DNA of 63,425 nt, the filler included, from Lenisia limosa (Eukaryota; Protista; Breviatea), in NCBI GenBank assembly GCA_001655205.1. It is 5 parts of 5 records of this genome, joined end to end, with 100 filler letters (N's around TTAATTAATTAA, not from the genome) between each part and the next. Parts side by side here need not be neighbours in the genome. Positions count along the whole stretch, not along the records: positions 1 to 25,509 come from LPNZ01002260.1; 4 more parts are not named here. The stretch is one strand, 5' to 3'. The notes under the pieces were generated by a model. It worked only from the letters and a program-made list of their open reading frames with translations, was not told the origin of the DNA and did not search any database. Made by a program: the position numbers and the translations under genes. This document shows, in pieces, positions 1 to 14,168 of the stretch (its first letter is position 1; each line of letters starts with the position of its first letter).

Positions 1-777
1 CAGTGTCTCCTCGGTTCGCCCAGTCCAGCAGGTCAGCAATCTTCTTCATTCCAAACTTCACCTTCACAATTGTGCAATCTATGTCCCTTTCACAAAAGTG
101 GCATCATCTCTCACTTGAGCCCAATTTCAAATGACTCAAGACCAAATGGTTTGCGAATGCTTGCTTGGAGCAACACTCTGATTCACTCAACAAAAGCTGA
201 ACAGATACAGTCAACAAACAGTAGCAGGTCACGTGGACGAGCAAAACAACTTCAACCAGAAAAGCCCATCTCTATTCATTGCTGAACGAGCCTTGCTTGC
301 CTGGTTATATCCGGTCCCAGCACAAGGCTAATATAGAATAGGCGGTGGGCGGAAATTGGACCCACTATCACATGACCTTCTTCCCATTCCCATTCCCCAT
401 ACATCTTCTCCTGAACATCTTCACAATGTGGCATCTTTATCCCTCTCACAACGTGGCATCTTTATCCCTCATCACATCACATCCAGATTGCGACCATCTA
501 TAATGTAAGGGTTGTTTTTTGATTCCATCAGTTGAGTGAATACACTGAAACAAAGTGCTCAACTGAGCCTCGAATCATATCAACCAACGCAACCCCGCCC
601 ACTGCTGACCTAGGCAAATACTGTTGGTTCGAAGGCTTGGGTGCAGGATTTGGCGCGTGCTGGAGTTGTGATTGTTGAGTTGAATGGGATAAAGTGGACA
701 TTTGCTAAAAATAAACAAAATAGTCAAAAGAGAGAGCTTACAGAATCCATAGGCGCACCCGCTGTGTGGTTGCCCAT
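1..777 (-). CDS. Hypothetical multi-exon protein, 3' part outside window; begins MGNHTAG (possible N-myristoylation)
   Basis: ATG at 777 with exon MGNHTAGAPMDS ending in GTAAG donor; next exon QMSTLSHSTQQSQLQHAPNPAPKPSNQQYLP after TTTTAG; further open exons (KFGMKKIADLLDWANRGDT). No family recognised. Confidence 0.4.
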
Positions 778-1083
778 CTCAAACATTCAGTCACAACTGT
801 GCTGTGCTCATAATTCATAAACATTCAGTAAACTGCGGTTTCTGATGTTTGGTTTGGGGAGGGAGCAACACAAGAAGGTGAACATCAAGAACTGAGTGCA
901 AAACCAAAAAGTACGAAAGGAGGACATCTTCCTTCCTTCTCCTCCATAAGTCGTGCCATTATTTCATTTTTGGTTACGGTTTGCATTGCAAGCATTCCGC
1001 CAATTTCCAATTTCATTTGTTTCTGCTGGTTTCATGCCAATGGCATCAAATTAATCTGGGGGTATATTCACCCCGGGCTTTAG

Positions 1084-1737
1084 AGAATCCAGTCGAGGCG
1101 ACCAGATCATCCAAAGATCATCAGTGCTTGCAAAATGTACTGAAAGTGGGAAATTGGAAGGAAAGGAGAGTTGGAGGAGAGAGTCATTGACTGAAAAGCT
1201 GAAAAGGTTTGAATGGTATTTCCTCATAAATGATCACATTCACCCTGACCTTCTCAGAGAGAGGTGCCCGATAGTTACACACAAATACACAATTACATAT
1301 AACTTGATAAGATGAGTTCGTTTTATTTCTTGTATCTTGATCTTCTTCATACACGTATTCTTCCTTTTTCTCTGCTCTTCTGGGGTGCAGAGCTTAATAT
1401 TTCAGTATATTAGATTTCTTAATAGACAGCTTCAAAAAAATGTTAAACATTTTAAACAGCTTTAGCTCCAAAATAGTCATAAATAGCGGTAACTCCTGCT
1501 GTGACATTGTTGTAATGTGGTTTTGATCTATGTAGGTATTTTACTAGAATGGATGAGGATGTGAAAGCAAAGAGAAAGAAGAGATATTTGAAGAAGAAGG
1601 CAGAAGAGAGGAGGAAGTTAATTAAGATGGAGAAGTTGAATAAGAAGAAAAGGCAGAAGCAAAGAAGAAAGAAGAATGATGAGGACTTCAATGTATTATT
1701 GAAGGAAGAGTTGCCAGTCTTAGACTTAGAATTATAA
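1084..1737 (+). CDS. Possible small Lys/Arg-rich hypothetical protein
   Basis: Purine-rich open segments RESSRGDQIIQRSSVLAKCTESGK...KRFE followed by GT, and DEDVKAKRKKRYLKKKAEERRK...LDLEL-stop after an AG. Start not found; low complexity. Confidence 0.25.
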
Positions 1738-2034
1738 TTATGAATATTAGAAGGGTTGATTTTGCTGATTGGTCTCAAGATGAATGATAGATATGAGGTA
1801 GTATAATTTATCATATTATACTGTATACATATTATATGATATAGTATATCATATATCGATATATATACTCTATATATAATACAGTATATTGAATGTTTGC
1901 TTGTTTCCAACTTCTCCCTTTGGGAACTGCTGGGTCACCCAATTATTAGCCTTATAACTCTGCGCACAGAGCTTTCTGTGTGACTATCCATTTCGTCTAG
2001 TCTTACAATTTATTCAGAACCCAATAATTTCAGA

Positions 2035-5000
2035 AAACTGTGATCGAAATGTCATCTCTTTTTGTTTCTTGAGGATTGTACAATGTGTAAAACACGCTCA
2101 TCAAGTTCCTGAAGGGAACTAAAACAATAAGCCTCAACACTGATAGATGGAGAAATTAGGCTTTATTAAACTCACTCTTGTAAATCCTCGCGAGTATTCA
2201 GGGCCAGGGTTACGTCAGCACTGACTGAATGAAGTTCTCGTCTATAAGTCAGAAAAGGTCAACAAAATTCATTAATCCTCATTGAATCTAGGATAAACAA
2301 GTTTACTTACCACTGGGTAAAAATAGCTATTGTATTCTGTTACTCTATAGTTCAGGATATTAATCTCCACTTTTTCTCCTCAAAATGGTAAGTACTAACT
2401 CAAAAATAATAATAATAATAATCTCTCAATGTATCAAACAATATTTGAATAAAATATTTTTTATGAATATTTGATAATTCAATCTCCCTAATGACTTTCG
2501 CTATTCCCTCAAACTGTAACTGAGACTTTAACAATCTCAGCTGAGGACCTGTCATATCTAATAACGATTGAAAGTCTCTATTTTCCTCAAAAGGGGACAC
2601 ACTGAGTGGTGAGAAGAAATTGTGAAGCCCACTTTATACAATCAGTTTGATTAGTCTCTAGTGAATGGTCTAAATCCTCCAGCGCGACTGCGTCGATTCC
2701 TAGCATTGTAAGTTCTCTTCCCAATAGGCTGATAATTGTATTTTACTTACTTTACCCTACCAGAGGACATTAATGATCGTGATGATGCATTGAGTTCACT
2801 TGAAGCGTAACATGAACGTGAAGCTGTGATAAGACACTCCAATTCCTCGCTTTCATCTTGAAGTATATTAGAGTTAGAGAAAAAGTTAACTTTATACTAG
2901 CTGAATAGAGAAAAGTCCCACCCACCATGTTGCTGTCGATATTTCCCCCAAAGTTCATCAAGGTCACAGGAGGGTTCAGACTCCAGCGGATCCATCATTT
3001 CTGGTGCCTGTGGGGATTACTATTCCATTCAAAAGTATATTTAGCTCAAACCTCTGGTATGATATCCTGAAGTTCCAAAACGTTGTCGTCAACAAGCCCA
3101 TCGCAGTCATACTGCATCCACGTTGGTACTGCCGCTGGAGGTGGCTCAAAAATAAACCTACTTCGGGCCGGGCTGGAGACTGACTCCACTGGCTCAGAGT
3201 CATCCAATATCAGAACATTTGCACTGAAAGGTGAATGCCATCATTTGACCACACATATTACACGATCTAATGTTGCTCACCTGTGATGTGAATAAGAATC
3301 ATGAGTGTTATTGCCGCCCGAAACACTATTGAAGCCAATAGTTGTATTATCGACAACCTAAATTTTGAAATGAAGTAACTGTCAAGAAAAACGACAAAGA
3401 AGGAGTGCTCCAATCAAGTAAATACATTCATGCTCCCTGTTGACCTCAGCACCGGCATCCATAGCTGTCCAGGCATGCCGCGCAGCAGCTGTGGCAGGCC
3501 GATCACACATATCCCTTGCACTCTGTCCCGTATGGAAGTGCAAACTGCTGTTCATGTAATTTCCAACTATCCAACCTGTGACTCCTGACTTGAGATCCAG
3601 CTGTTTTTGGTCTCATTGTGTGAAAGCTATTGGAAAGAAGTCGGGTCTGTGTTTGGCTCCCTAAGAGGTAAAACCCACAATTAAAACAGCTGGAAATAGA
3701 CATCTTACCCATTGTTTTTGGTCGATTCGGAAGACTCAATGATAGATAGTCCTCCAAAGATAGCGGATTATCTATTTCAAAATTTCCCTTACAAGATGAA
3801 GATCCCTTATTGAGTCAGTTACCGGAAAATAAGAATGGTGAGCCTTTCAGAAAATGAGAAAAACAATATAATATATAAAAAGAATATCAAGCAGAAGCAT
3901 CTTCCCCTTCACATCAATAAAAGGATATATTATAAAACAATTCAATTATTTTTTGCCTTAAAATTCCGAATAGAGCTTTCTGATTCATGATAAAAAATCA
4001 ATAAACATTTAGCACTAAAGTCCAACCTGTTTTGGTGATATAAAATTTGGAGAGTTCAATTGAGTCAATTCAGACAGATTAGCTGTTTCAATTTGATCTA
4101 AATCGTAAATATGCTCATGAAGGAGAAAGGGATAATCATTTACCTGGGTGTGGAGGTGAGGCTCGGCCACTTTTCATTTCAGCTTTACCCCAGATTGACG
4201 CAAGAGGGTCTTTTTCAGGATAATCTGAAGAATGATGAGGAAACTACATACTATCATATGATAAAGAAGCACATTATATGATACATTATGGGATACGTCA
4301 TATTTTTCATGTTCTCTATCATAGTGAAATTTCATTAAAACTTGCGATGCTTTTGGTGGTATGATGAGCAAACCAGGAGGTGACCCAAGATGACGAATAC
4401 TCATAGGAGTGGACAACGGACCTTGTAAAGCTTCAGAATTTCTAAAGAGTCAACGGTATATTGCCTGAACTATTCAAAGTTATTTTCACAGACTCACGAA
4501 TGAGAAGCTGTTTTTAGGTCTAAATGTGGAACATTAGTAGCACCAATTTCTAAAAAAATAATATAACCTCACTAGATCTTCAAGTTACAAAATGTTCAAC
4601 ACTCATGGTCAAATTTGCAGTCAAGCAAGAGTAATAAAACTTGTATCATATCTTTTACCCAGAGGTGTTCCACCTTTTGGTTGAGTGGCATTCCTTTGAG
4701 AAGTGGTGATAAACTCAACGTCACTGTAGAGCTCAAGTTCCAGGACACCTGGTGTTGCGGGAGGGGTGTCAAAAAGGTCATCATCAGCATCTTCCAGTAG
4801 TATTCGCGAGTTTACTTTGGTTCTCTCAACCCACGATCGGTAGAACTGTTGTATCTTCACAGCTGAAGCTGGGGTGTGAGGACAAAGATGTCAAACACTT
4901 GTTTACAAAGATAATAGAGAATGGCATAAATCAAAGCCTCTTACAATACTCGAGACGATCTTGACTTTTGGAGACCACATTTTTTACCTCCAACTCATTC

Positions 5001-6300
5001 TAAATCCATTAACCAAAATCTGAACACGAAATATATATAGTATACTATCATATATGATATCATTATATCATAGAATATAATTATATCTATATACTTTATA
5101 TCATACTGTATATCTATATATATCCTATCATATACTATGTAGACGGTGTAGCTTGCTTGTCGCCCTCCAACTACGGAAGTGGATTTTATTAAAAAAGAGG
5201 AGACCACAGATTGATTTTTGAATAAAACACTACAGGATATAAGATATTATGAAAAGGTTAAAATCTAAAGACTTTACCTGTATCTATCGCATCAATAGCC
5301 CTCTAGTATTGTAATACATACATAGTATATACATATGATATATATGCAGAGTATATGATATGTTTATATAATATGTATGTATACATCTATACATATCATA
5401 TATAATACCTCTTCAAAAGACTCTCCCTAGATTCCTCTAAGAATTCTTTGCAAAAAATCCATCAAAAATACCTCAATTTCTGAAGCTTTGAGAATATTGT
5501 TGGTAGAGGTCACATTTTCAAGCCCAAGTGCAACCCGATGCAATTCCGACTCCTAAGAATCAAGATGAGTTAACTCAAAAAGTTGAGATGTGAAAAAAAA
5601 CAAGGTGCTGTAATTTGCTTATGATATTTCATATGTATAAGTTGCCAACCTCAAGCTGTTCAAAGAGCAAATTGAAATACTCCTTCCGTCCAAGATACCC
5701 TCTCCATTGCTCTAAAAAATGAAGAAGAAGAAATTCTACTTACTTTGGATCGTTAAAGCCGCGTTGTTTTCTAAAGACGGCTCAAACTAAAACAAGTTAA
5801 GTAATAAAGGGGTGGTGTCATTCAATGAAGGGAACCAGTCCTACTGATATATTGGGGTGGAGAATATGTTGAAATCGTTTCTGCTGTTCCACTTCCAGAT
5901 CTTCCAAGCTCTTGTGAGGAAGGTCGTAGAGTTTGTCATACTTACCTAATAACAGTAACCACCATTGAGATTTCTCAGAACTCATAACCTCATATCCTTT
6001 ATGAAACAGCTTATGAAGAAAGATTGCCTGAATTTACCTTCCTCAGCAAAAGGAGAGTCCATTCTTTCGATGTAGTCTCCTCTCAGCCAATCAACAAGTT
6101 AAAAAAACTGACAGAAATGGTTGTCTACATGGTTGCTGAGCACGGCTATCCTGTGTGAAATTAACATTTTGCTTGGAAAGAATTAGAAGTAACATTCCAA
6201 AATAATCCTTCCATTGTTATCCCACCTGAAGGCAAATAATCCAATGAAATGAGTCTGTTGAGCTGAAACTGCTCGGGTTATAAATATAGTTGGTTGGTGA
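2035..6300 (-). CDS. Large multi-exon IQ-motif (calmodulin-binding) protein
   Basis: Spliced IQ motif AALTIQ|KQWRGYLGRKEY (about 5780-5660) and a second KIQQFYRSWVER (about 4860-4820); many minus-strand exons bounded by AG/GT (YDKLYDLPHKSLEDLE; ESELHRVALGLENV). Ends approximate. Confidence 0.55.
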
Positions 6301-6605
6301 TGTTGCACTGATGCATACGTTGCTAATGAAGTGTCCTTTCTCGTCTGCTTGTGTTTGGGGGGGCGGGCGGGCAGGGGCGGCAGGGGAAGCAGGCCCAAAG
6401 CCTGCGACCACATATAATCGCCCCTCCATGTATGTTTTGGGGAATGCCCCAAAATTCTATCTACTACCCCATGGTGGGTGTTGTTTTTAATTTTCGTTTC
6501 GCACCTTCTAACCACACTCTAACGAACTCATAACCACTCGTAACATCCAAACTTCTCCAACAACTCCAGTAATTGCAAGGAAGAAGTGTACTTGGGCAAT
6601 TTAAG

Positions 6606-9600
6606 ATGGATTTAACCAGACCGTTGGTTAAATACAGCATTCTTTTGCTACTTGCTGTTTTAGGTGGGTTTAGTCTTGCAGAAGAATTTATTATTTAGCG
6701 TTTTCTGTCAGGCAGTTCTCAGTTATTCGTTTTGAGGTCGTTATTCATGAATTTGATCCGTAAGAGAGGCTAATCGGCTGACAAGACTCCATTCTTGCGT
6801 TTTTTTTTCCTTTCCCCAAATTTTTCTGACTGTCTCAAGCTACTTCAACTACCGCTCAACCGCTTACCTCATCAAACACGGATTTTACTCATTCCTGAAC
6901 TGGTTTGACTCAGAATCATGGTATCCTCTGGGTCGCATCGTTGGCTCAACAGTGTTCCCTGGTATTATGTGGACTGCCGCCGCCTTTTACCATGTCCTTG
7001 ACGCACTTAATTTGACTCTTACCCCAGTCGAGATTTGTGGGTTTGAATTGATTCAGCGTTTCAATATGTGTGTCTTTCATCGTAACTTTCACCAGGCGTG
7101 TTTCTGGCACCCTTCTTTGCTGGCCTGACCAGTTTTGCCACTTTCCTCTTGACTAGAGAGATGCACGGTTCTGATGGCGAGGGTCTCTTTGCTGCTGCCT
7201 TCATGGCGTTTGTTCCAGGTATCCCGACACATAATATTTCACTCATAGCTTGTTGGTACTAATGCTCCAGGCTATATCTCAAGATCAGTTGCTGGTTCCT
7301 ATGATAACGAAGGTGTTGCCATTTTTGCCCTGATCTTCACGTTCTACCTATGGGTATGTTGCATCGCTGCTTTTCTCGTGTTTAATAATTTTTGATTCTT
7401 CAATTATTGAGTTTCCACCCCCAAGTCGTTTTACCTTTAGGTTCGTGCTGTGCGCAAGGGCACCATTTTAAGTGCTGTCTTCGCTGCCATTGCCTACTTC
7501 TACATGGTGGCTGCCTGGTGGGTGTTTTCCTTCTCATGCTCTCCTTCATGCTCTTTCAACTCTGTTTTTCATCCATCAGGGGTGGATACATTTTCATCAT
7601 CAACCTTGTTCCTCTCTACGTTATGACTATGATTGTTACCGGCCGATTCTCATCTCGCCTCTACGTTGCTTATTCCGTCTTCTTCACTGTAAGATTCGGA
7701 GAACAGTGTACTATCAATTTTGGCTAAGCCGAAGTACATTTAGGAAAGAAACCGACCGTAACCTGAGAGATTTATATTATAATACATTATAATCAGCAGT
7801 TAAAGAATGATGTGTTATCGTAACATGATAACCTTTTCTCACCCGCTCAAGGTTGGATCCTTCCTTGCTATGCAAATTACTTTTGTCGGCTACAACCAAG
7901 TTCAAACTTCGGAGCATATGGCTGCTATTGGTGAGCTTTTAACTCTGTTTGTTCATTTGTTTCTTCTTATATATCTTTCTTATTCATCTAGGAACGTTTA
8001 TTTTTGTGCAGCTTCTGGCTGCCTTTAAGCTCGGTCGTTTCTTCTTTACTGATGATGTGTCATACCTGAGGTCTGTTCAGATCATTTCTTAGTTTTTTTT
8101 CCTCCTCTTTACTATGTCATCTATATTCTGCTGTTTCATCTTTGGCCTGACCGAACCCTTTAGATTTGTCAAGGCTATTGCCACTGTTTTGGCTGTCCTT
8201 GTGACTGGTGCTATTACTGTGGCTTCTGCAACTGGTTTGTGGAGAAAAGGCACTTCTCTGTTTAGATTTGATTTATTTTTTTTGTTTAGGTTACATTTCT
8301 CCCTTCAGTGGCCGTTTCTACTCTCTCCTTGATCCCACTCACGCCAAGGGTAGGTATTTATCATGGGTGGATATTTGAGGAAACAAGGCTATCAATTTTT
8401 AGCTGTCATTTCCTTAACGTCATCATAGACCATGTGCCAATTATTGCCTCAATCTCCGAGCACCAGCCCACTGCTTGGTCTTCTTATGTCTTCGATCTCC
8501 ACATGTTGACCTTTCTCCTGCCTGCCGGCCTCTACTACTGCTTCAAAAACCTCAATGATTCGAACATCTTTGTCATCCTCTATGCCACTACCATTGTCTA
8601 CTTCTCTGTATGGGGTTAAATGAATAGAAGGGACGAGTCTCTTCTTTCAAAGATATAATATGGTATTGTTCGGTCAGCAAAAGTGGAATTGACCTTTCAG
8701 GGAGTGATGGTGCGCCTTATGCTTGTATTGGCCCCTGTGGCCAGTATCATGGGTGGTGTTGCTGTGTCTCAGATCTTCAAGGCCCATATCCCCAACCTAA
8801 TTATGTCAGAAGGACAGAAGGTAACTGGGTTTTCAATACTCTGGTGCAGATTGCGCTAACAAGAGTCTCACTTTACTTTAGGAAGAGAAAGATATGTCTG
8901 GAAAGAGCAAAGCCAAAAAAGCTGCTGCTGAAGAAGTCAAAGAGTTGTCTAGCCAGGTGTGTCCCCCCCCCCCCNNNNNNNNNNNNNNNNNNNNNNNNNN
9001 NNNNNNNNNNNNNNNNNNNNNNNNNNNNNNNNNNNNNNNNNNNNNNNCCTGCAGAGACGTCTCTACTCCATTGTCATTGTTGGCGGTATGGCGCTCCTTC
9101 TCTTCATGTTTGTCTCCCACAGTGTCTGGGTCACTAGTGAGGCTTATTCATCTCCCAGTATTATCCTTTCTGCTAAACAGGTTAGTTAAATGGCAATCAA
9201 CCTTATTTTGGAATCCATAATTGTTTGGAATCACCTTCCAGCCTGATGGCTCGCGAGTGATCTTCGATGACTTCCGTGAGGCCTACTATTGGATCAGAGA
9301 CAACACTAAACAAGATGTGTGAGGGAGTAGTAGTAGCCTTTGTTTGTTATTCAACATTCATCAACAAGAACAAGACCTCCTCGTTGACGTTTTAGGCCAA
9401 GGTTATGTCTTGGTGGGACTATGGGTATCAAATGGCTGAACTTGCTAACAGAACCACGATTGTGGACAACAACACTTGGAACAACACCCACATTGCGACT
9501 GTGGGCAAGGCCTTCGCTCTCAATGAAGAAGGTGCCGCCGAGATCCTGAGGGACCTTGATGTTGATTATGGTAAGGGGGGGGGGGGCGTCAATTTTCTCA

Positions 9601-10487
9601 AATAATTTTTTTTTGAATCTACCATAATTTTTTTAGTTCTTGTTCTTTTTGGTGGAATGTCAGGATACGCAAGTGATGATATCAATAAGTTTCTCTGGAT
9701 GGTCCGTATTGCTGGCGGCGTTGATCCTGCCATCAAAGAGGCGGATTACTACAGCAATGGACAGTTTAGGTGAGGCTTAGCTTTTTGGCCTTTTTTTTTA
9801 ATTCATTGATTCTTGCTTATTCAATAGAGTTGACGCGAACGCTTCAAAGACAATGAAGGAGTCTGTCATGTACAAGCTCTGTTACTATCGTTTCGGTGAA
9901 CAACGCACCGATCACAGTAGGAACGGCGTAGGATATATTATAATATATAATATTGAGATAGTATATATTACTTATATCATGTGATATCATGTTTTCTAGT
10001 TTAAAGGGTATAGTATCATATACTAATATTACTATTTAAAAAAATATATAATACATATGATAATATTAGTTTATCATATCATATCAGAGTATTTTTTTAT
10101 TTTTTTTTTAGTGCCCTCCTGAACAACTCTAGGAATGCCAGCCGGTTATGATCGCGTTCGTCACGTGGAAGTTGGAGACAAGAACATCAAGGTTGGGGTT
10201 TTTGAAGACATGTTTAGTTCTCACATATGAAAATGACCCAAAAATAAAGATGGTGTGCGTGTAAATACAATTATTAACTGTCCGAGAGGACTTGTTGCGG
10301 AATAACTCCTCTAGCTCAAATACTTTGAAGAGGCCTATACTTCTCGTCACTGGCTCTCGAGGGTTTTCAAGGTTGGCTTAGCTTCTCCAGTCCAAGTGAT
10401 AGATTATTGAGATTTGGTTGCTTGTTTGTTATTCTGAATCTTATAACCCAGGTGAGAAGAGACCTTCTTCCTCCTCGTGATGACTAA
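6606..10487 (+). CDS. STT3: Oligosaccharyltransferase catalytic subunit STT3, about 20 introns
   Basis: [49 protein letters not shown] (about 9405), [28 protein letters not shown]; ends RVFK|[14 protein letters not shown]. Confidence 0.97.
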
Positions 10488-10586
10488 TAACTTCCTGGTA
10501 ATAAATTTGTACATCAAATCCCCGAGTTGAGTATGATAATATGTTTGATGCATTGAGATAATAATGATAAACCTGATAGAAATAGA

Positions 10587-13500
10587 TTAGAAGGTTTTGT
10601 CAATGACATGGTCCTCAATCACGCACATCAGTTGCTGAGGGTGGGGGGGGGGGGGTANNNNNNNNNNNNNNNNNNNNNNNNNNNNNNNNNNNNNNNNNNN
10701 NNNNNNNNNNNNNNNNNNNNNNNNNNNNNNNNNNNNNNNNNNNNNNNNNNNNNNNNNNNNNNNNNNNNNTCAAATATTCACACACGAGAGCTTGAAATAT
10801 TAAGTCAATCAAATTTGCCACATTTAACAAGCATTTTACCAACCTCGATGTCCTCGAAAGTGTTCATGTATCCGACAGATATGCGAACTGAGCCGAGAGG
10901 CTTGTTCATTTCGTCGATGTCCATCTTGCCTCCACAAGTGTGTCCTGCCTGGAGAGACGGTGGGTGAAAACTTTCACAAAATACGATATACCTATCACCA
11001 TACTACGATACAAGTCTTTATTCGTGGAAAATTAATTCTCATCTAGTATCCAGGAAAACAACATTGTGTATATAAATGGTCCAGAGTTGGGGAGGAAATC
11101 TTCGCATAACCTCAACACCAAAAGCCAGAAAAAAAACTTGCACAAAGTTTACGGAACAAAGTTTTTCTTGTCGCATAATCTCAAAAATATGGATCCAAGC
11201 CTTACCACTGCTACCTAGAAAAGTATTGACTATTTTGCCTATACTATGTGAATATTAAGCTGTATCCTTATTCCTGTCAAATCATGAAAAGCATAGTATA
11301 AGAAGGCCGCCACTCTTCCTTACTTTTTGGTTGCGTTTGACATCATCTGGCGACATGGACAGGGAAATATGACAGGCTCCGGGGTTACAGAAGCATCCCA
11401 CACGAATGTGAATGTTGTGTTTAGTGCAGATGTTACTGCAACATAAGTATGTAAATTGCATTCAAAGATGTAATAAAGCCTCTCCCCCTCCCCAGACCTG
11501 ATGGTATTATAACCAATGTAGTTTCCCTCATGACTGATGAAGGAACAATTGACAATAGGTCCCTGAGTTGTCAAAAGTTATTTCATCAAAAGATTCATTC
11601 CTTAAATATACTCACACCAAAGAACAAGAGTTACCGCCTCACCTGTACATTTGCGTCATTGTTGGTGTGGTTACCAACAACATGGCAGACATCTGTACCA
11701 TTGGAGTGTCTCAGTGAGGTCAACCGCTTGAACAAATACTGTTGGGTGTGAAGGTGAAAGAAAAATACTGAGGGAAGCATATTGAAGGGCGACAGTGATC
11801 TCAAACAAACCTGGGTCAAAGTGTGGGTATGGGCCTTGATGTTGTCGAATCCAAGACGATGCAGGATCTAAGCAGTCAAAAAAAAAGGCAAAGTGGCAAA
11901 AGATACGGGACAAATGTATGACCCCCCCCCCCACACACACACGCAGCAGCCAGTCACCCACCTTGAGTCCATGACGGACAGCTCCGATGGAGAGGAAAGA
12001 AATTGTTCCGTCTTCATACCGTTCAACAGGGTTCTGAAAAGGTGACAAGCGTGATGGAAAAAAAAGGAAACAAGGTATTCACCTTTCGGAGTGTTTTGTA
12101 GTCTTCGCCAGATAAAGTAACAGCAACAGATCCTCCACCCCAATAGCGCTTGCGTAGAAGTTCAATGGATTCTAAAACGTTTAAATTTATACAACTTAAT
12201 AAATAAATTTAAATGGAAGAGTAGTGAAAACTGTATTTTGAAGAACCCTCCCCTCTCACCTCTCTTAGCAACCAATGCGCCGAGGCCAGTAGGGTAACCA
12301 AACATTTTGTAGAACGACATTGACACAAAGTCAGCGTCAACCTTACTCAGGTCCAAGTTGCTTGTAGGAACCTGGGGTTAGAGTTTTTTTAAAAGAATAT
12401 ATCAGGCCGACAGAGCTGCAAAATAGTTCCAAAACCAACCAGTGCTGCTGCATCCAAAAGAACAAGCCAACGAGCAGTAGGATCTGAACCTTCAGATACC
12501 TTGGCCTTGCCAGCTCTAATATCGTTAGTCAAAGATGAAGCTCAAATTTTCCAAAAAACAACCATTGACCACCTGTAAAGTTCTGGCCATTCGAGGCTGT
12601 ATTTACGTCCGGTAAAGTTACATTCACCAGGGTACGCGAAAAGATGGAACACCTGGCCAGAGCAATCAGGATTTTTTTTTTCTAGTGGGAGGGGGGGTTA
12701 CAAACAGAGAAGTTACCCCTCAGATCGAATTATTTGTGAGAATAACAGTAAGTGCCAAACTGCATACCAATATTCTTGTTGACAATAACGCGTGCGGGGT
12801 TGAGAGGGTCACAGGGTGCGGCCATTGAAACCTGAGTGCGTCACAAATAACAGAAAAGGAAACATAGTGTTTTTAGTGCAATCATGAATTATACCCCCCC
12901 CCCCGCACTTGAGCGCCATCACGTGAAGCGTACTCGCGCATTNNNNNNNNNNNNNNNNNNNNNNNNNNNNNNNNNNNNNNNNNNNNNNNNNNNNTGCAGG
13001 GCGTCCAGGGGAAGTTCTCAGCAACAAGCTAAAGGTCAAATGGCAAAAAAAACGACTTTTGAGAGACCCAGATTCAAGAAAAAGCATTACCTTTAAAGCA
13101 GCGGTGCAATTTGAAGTAAACAGAACACAATGGGTTTCTTCAGTTACATTGAAATGACGCAGAATATCTTCACGAGCAGCATCAACCATCTAAACCATTA
13201 ATCTCATTGCTGGAATAATTGCAAAAATTATATCAGAGGCTGGATGAATAAAATCACATTCAATTTTTCCAATTTAAGAGCACTCTACCTTTGTTGCAGC
13301 AGAGGAAGAGGGGTTGTCGGAATCTTAAAAATGATTAATTTTACCAAGGAAATCAAAGACAAATTGACAGAGAATAACTACAATAAAAAATAAAATGAAA
13401 AGCAAACATGAAAAAGAAGATATAATAAAGAAAACCAGAGCATACGGGGGTTACCAAAGGTTCGGCTTTCGAGTTCAGCTTTAACTTCAGCAATAAGAGA

Positions 13501-14015
13501 TCTGTATCAGTCAGCTATCGAAAAAAGGGAATCGCCAAACCTTGGGTAAATTGAAGCCCCAGTAGAGTCCAAATAGCAGTCTCCAAGGCCTTCACTTCCG
13601 ATCTATAATAAAAATGAAGCCTGCTATTTGAATTCTGTAAAGTTTCTCTCCGGTTCCAAAAGAATCGGTAAGATTTCGATATTTATTGAATATATACCGA
13701 GAAATTCAGTTTTTTTTTCTAGTAACGAAGTGAAGCCCTAAGCGGCTGATGTCAAACGTATATACACATGTGCATAACAGTGCTTCAGTGCCACAATAGC
13801 CCACTACCTTGTCACCGTTCTGCAATTGAGCAACCTGGAGAAGATTGGGGAAATCATCACGCCTACAGAGATAAGTACAATATCATATGTATATCATAGG
13901 TGTTTTCCGAGAAAAGTTACGATTTCTCCTTCCACCTGAGATTTTCAATACGGCCGTCAAAGCCATAGTTGGGAAAATGCTTATCAAATATTTCGCGACG
14001 CTGAGGAAGAGGCAT
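10587..14015 (-). CDS. MOCOS: Molybdenum cofactor sulfurase-family PLP-dependent cysteine desulfurase, NifS-like domain only (no C-terminal MOSC domain)
   Basis: [27 protein letters not shown]|[47 protein letters not shown]-lysine motif [22 protein letters not shown], catalytic-Cys motif [30 protein letters not shown]|[18 protein letters not shown]. Confidence 0.9.
13638..13740. mobile_element. MITE-like palindromic element, degenerate copy 1 (MOCOS intron)
   Basis: Right end GAGAAATTCAGTTTTTTTTTCTAGTAACGAAGTGAAGCCCTA matches the family; left end decayed. Confidence 0.55.
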
Positions 14016-14168
14016 ATGAGGCTGGCCTGCATCATCAGAAAAGGATGTTACGCCTGGGTGACTGTGCCTCCTCTCCTACCAAGTTCTCCTACATCAGCTT
14101 CTACACGTCTTCTCTTTGCGTCACGTTGTCTGAATGATCAGTTCTCCATCCATGTCATCTAATCCCAC

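Noticed and set aside
1452-1910. 152-aa minus-strand ORF
   Set aside because: Made of AT microsatellite and the antisense of a Lys-rich stretch; not protein-like.
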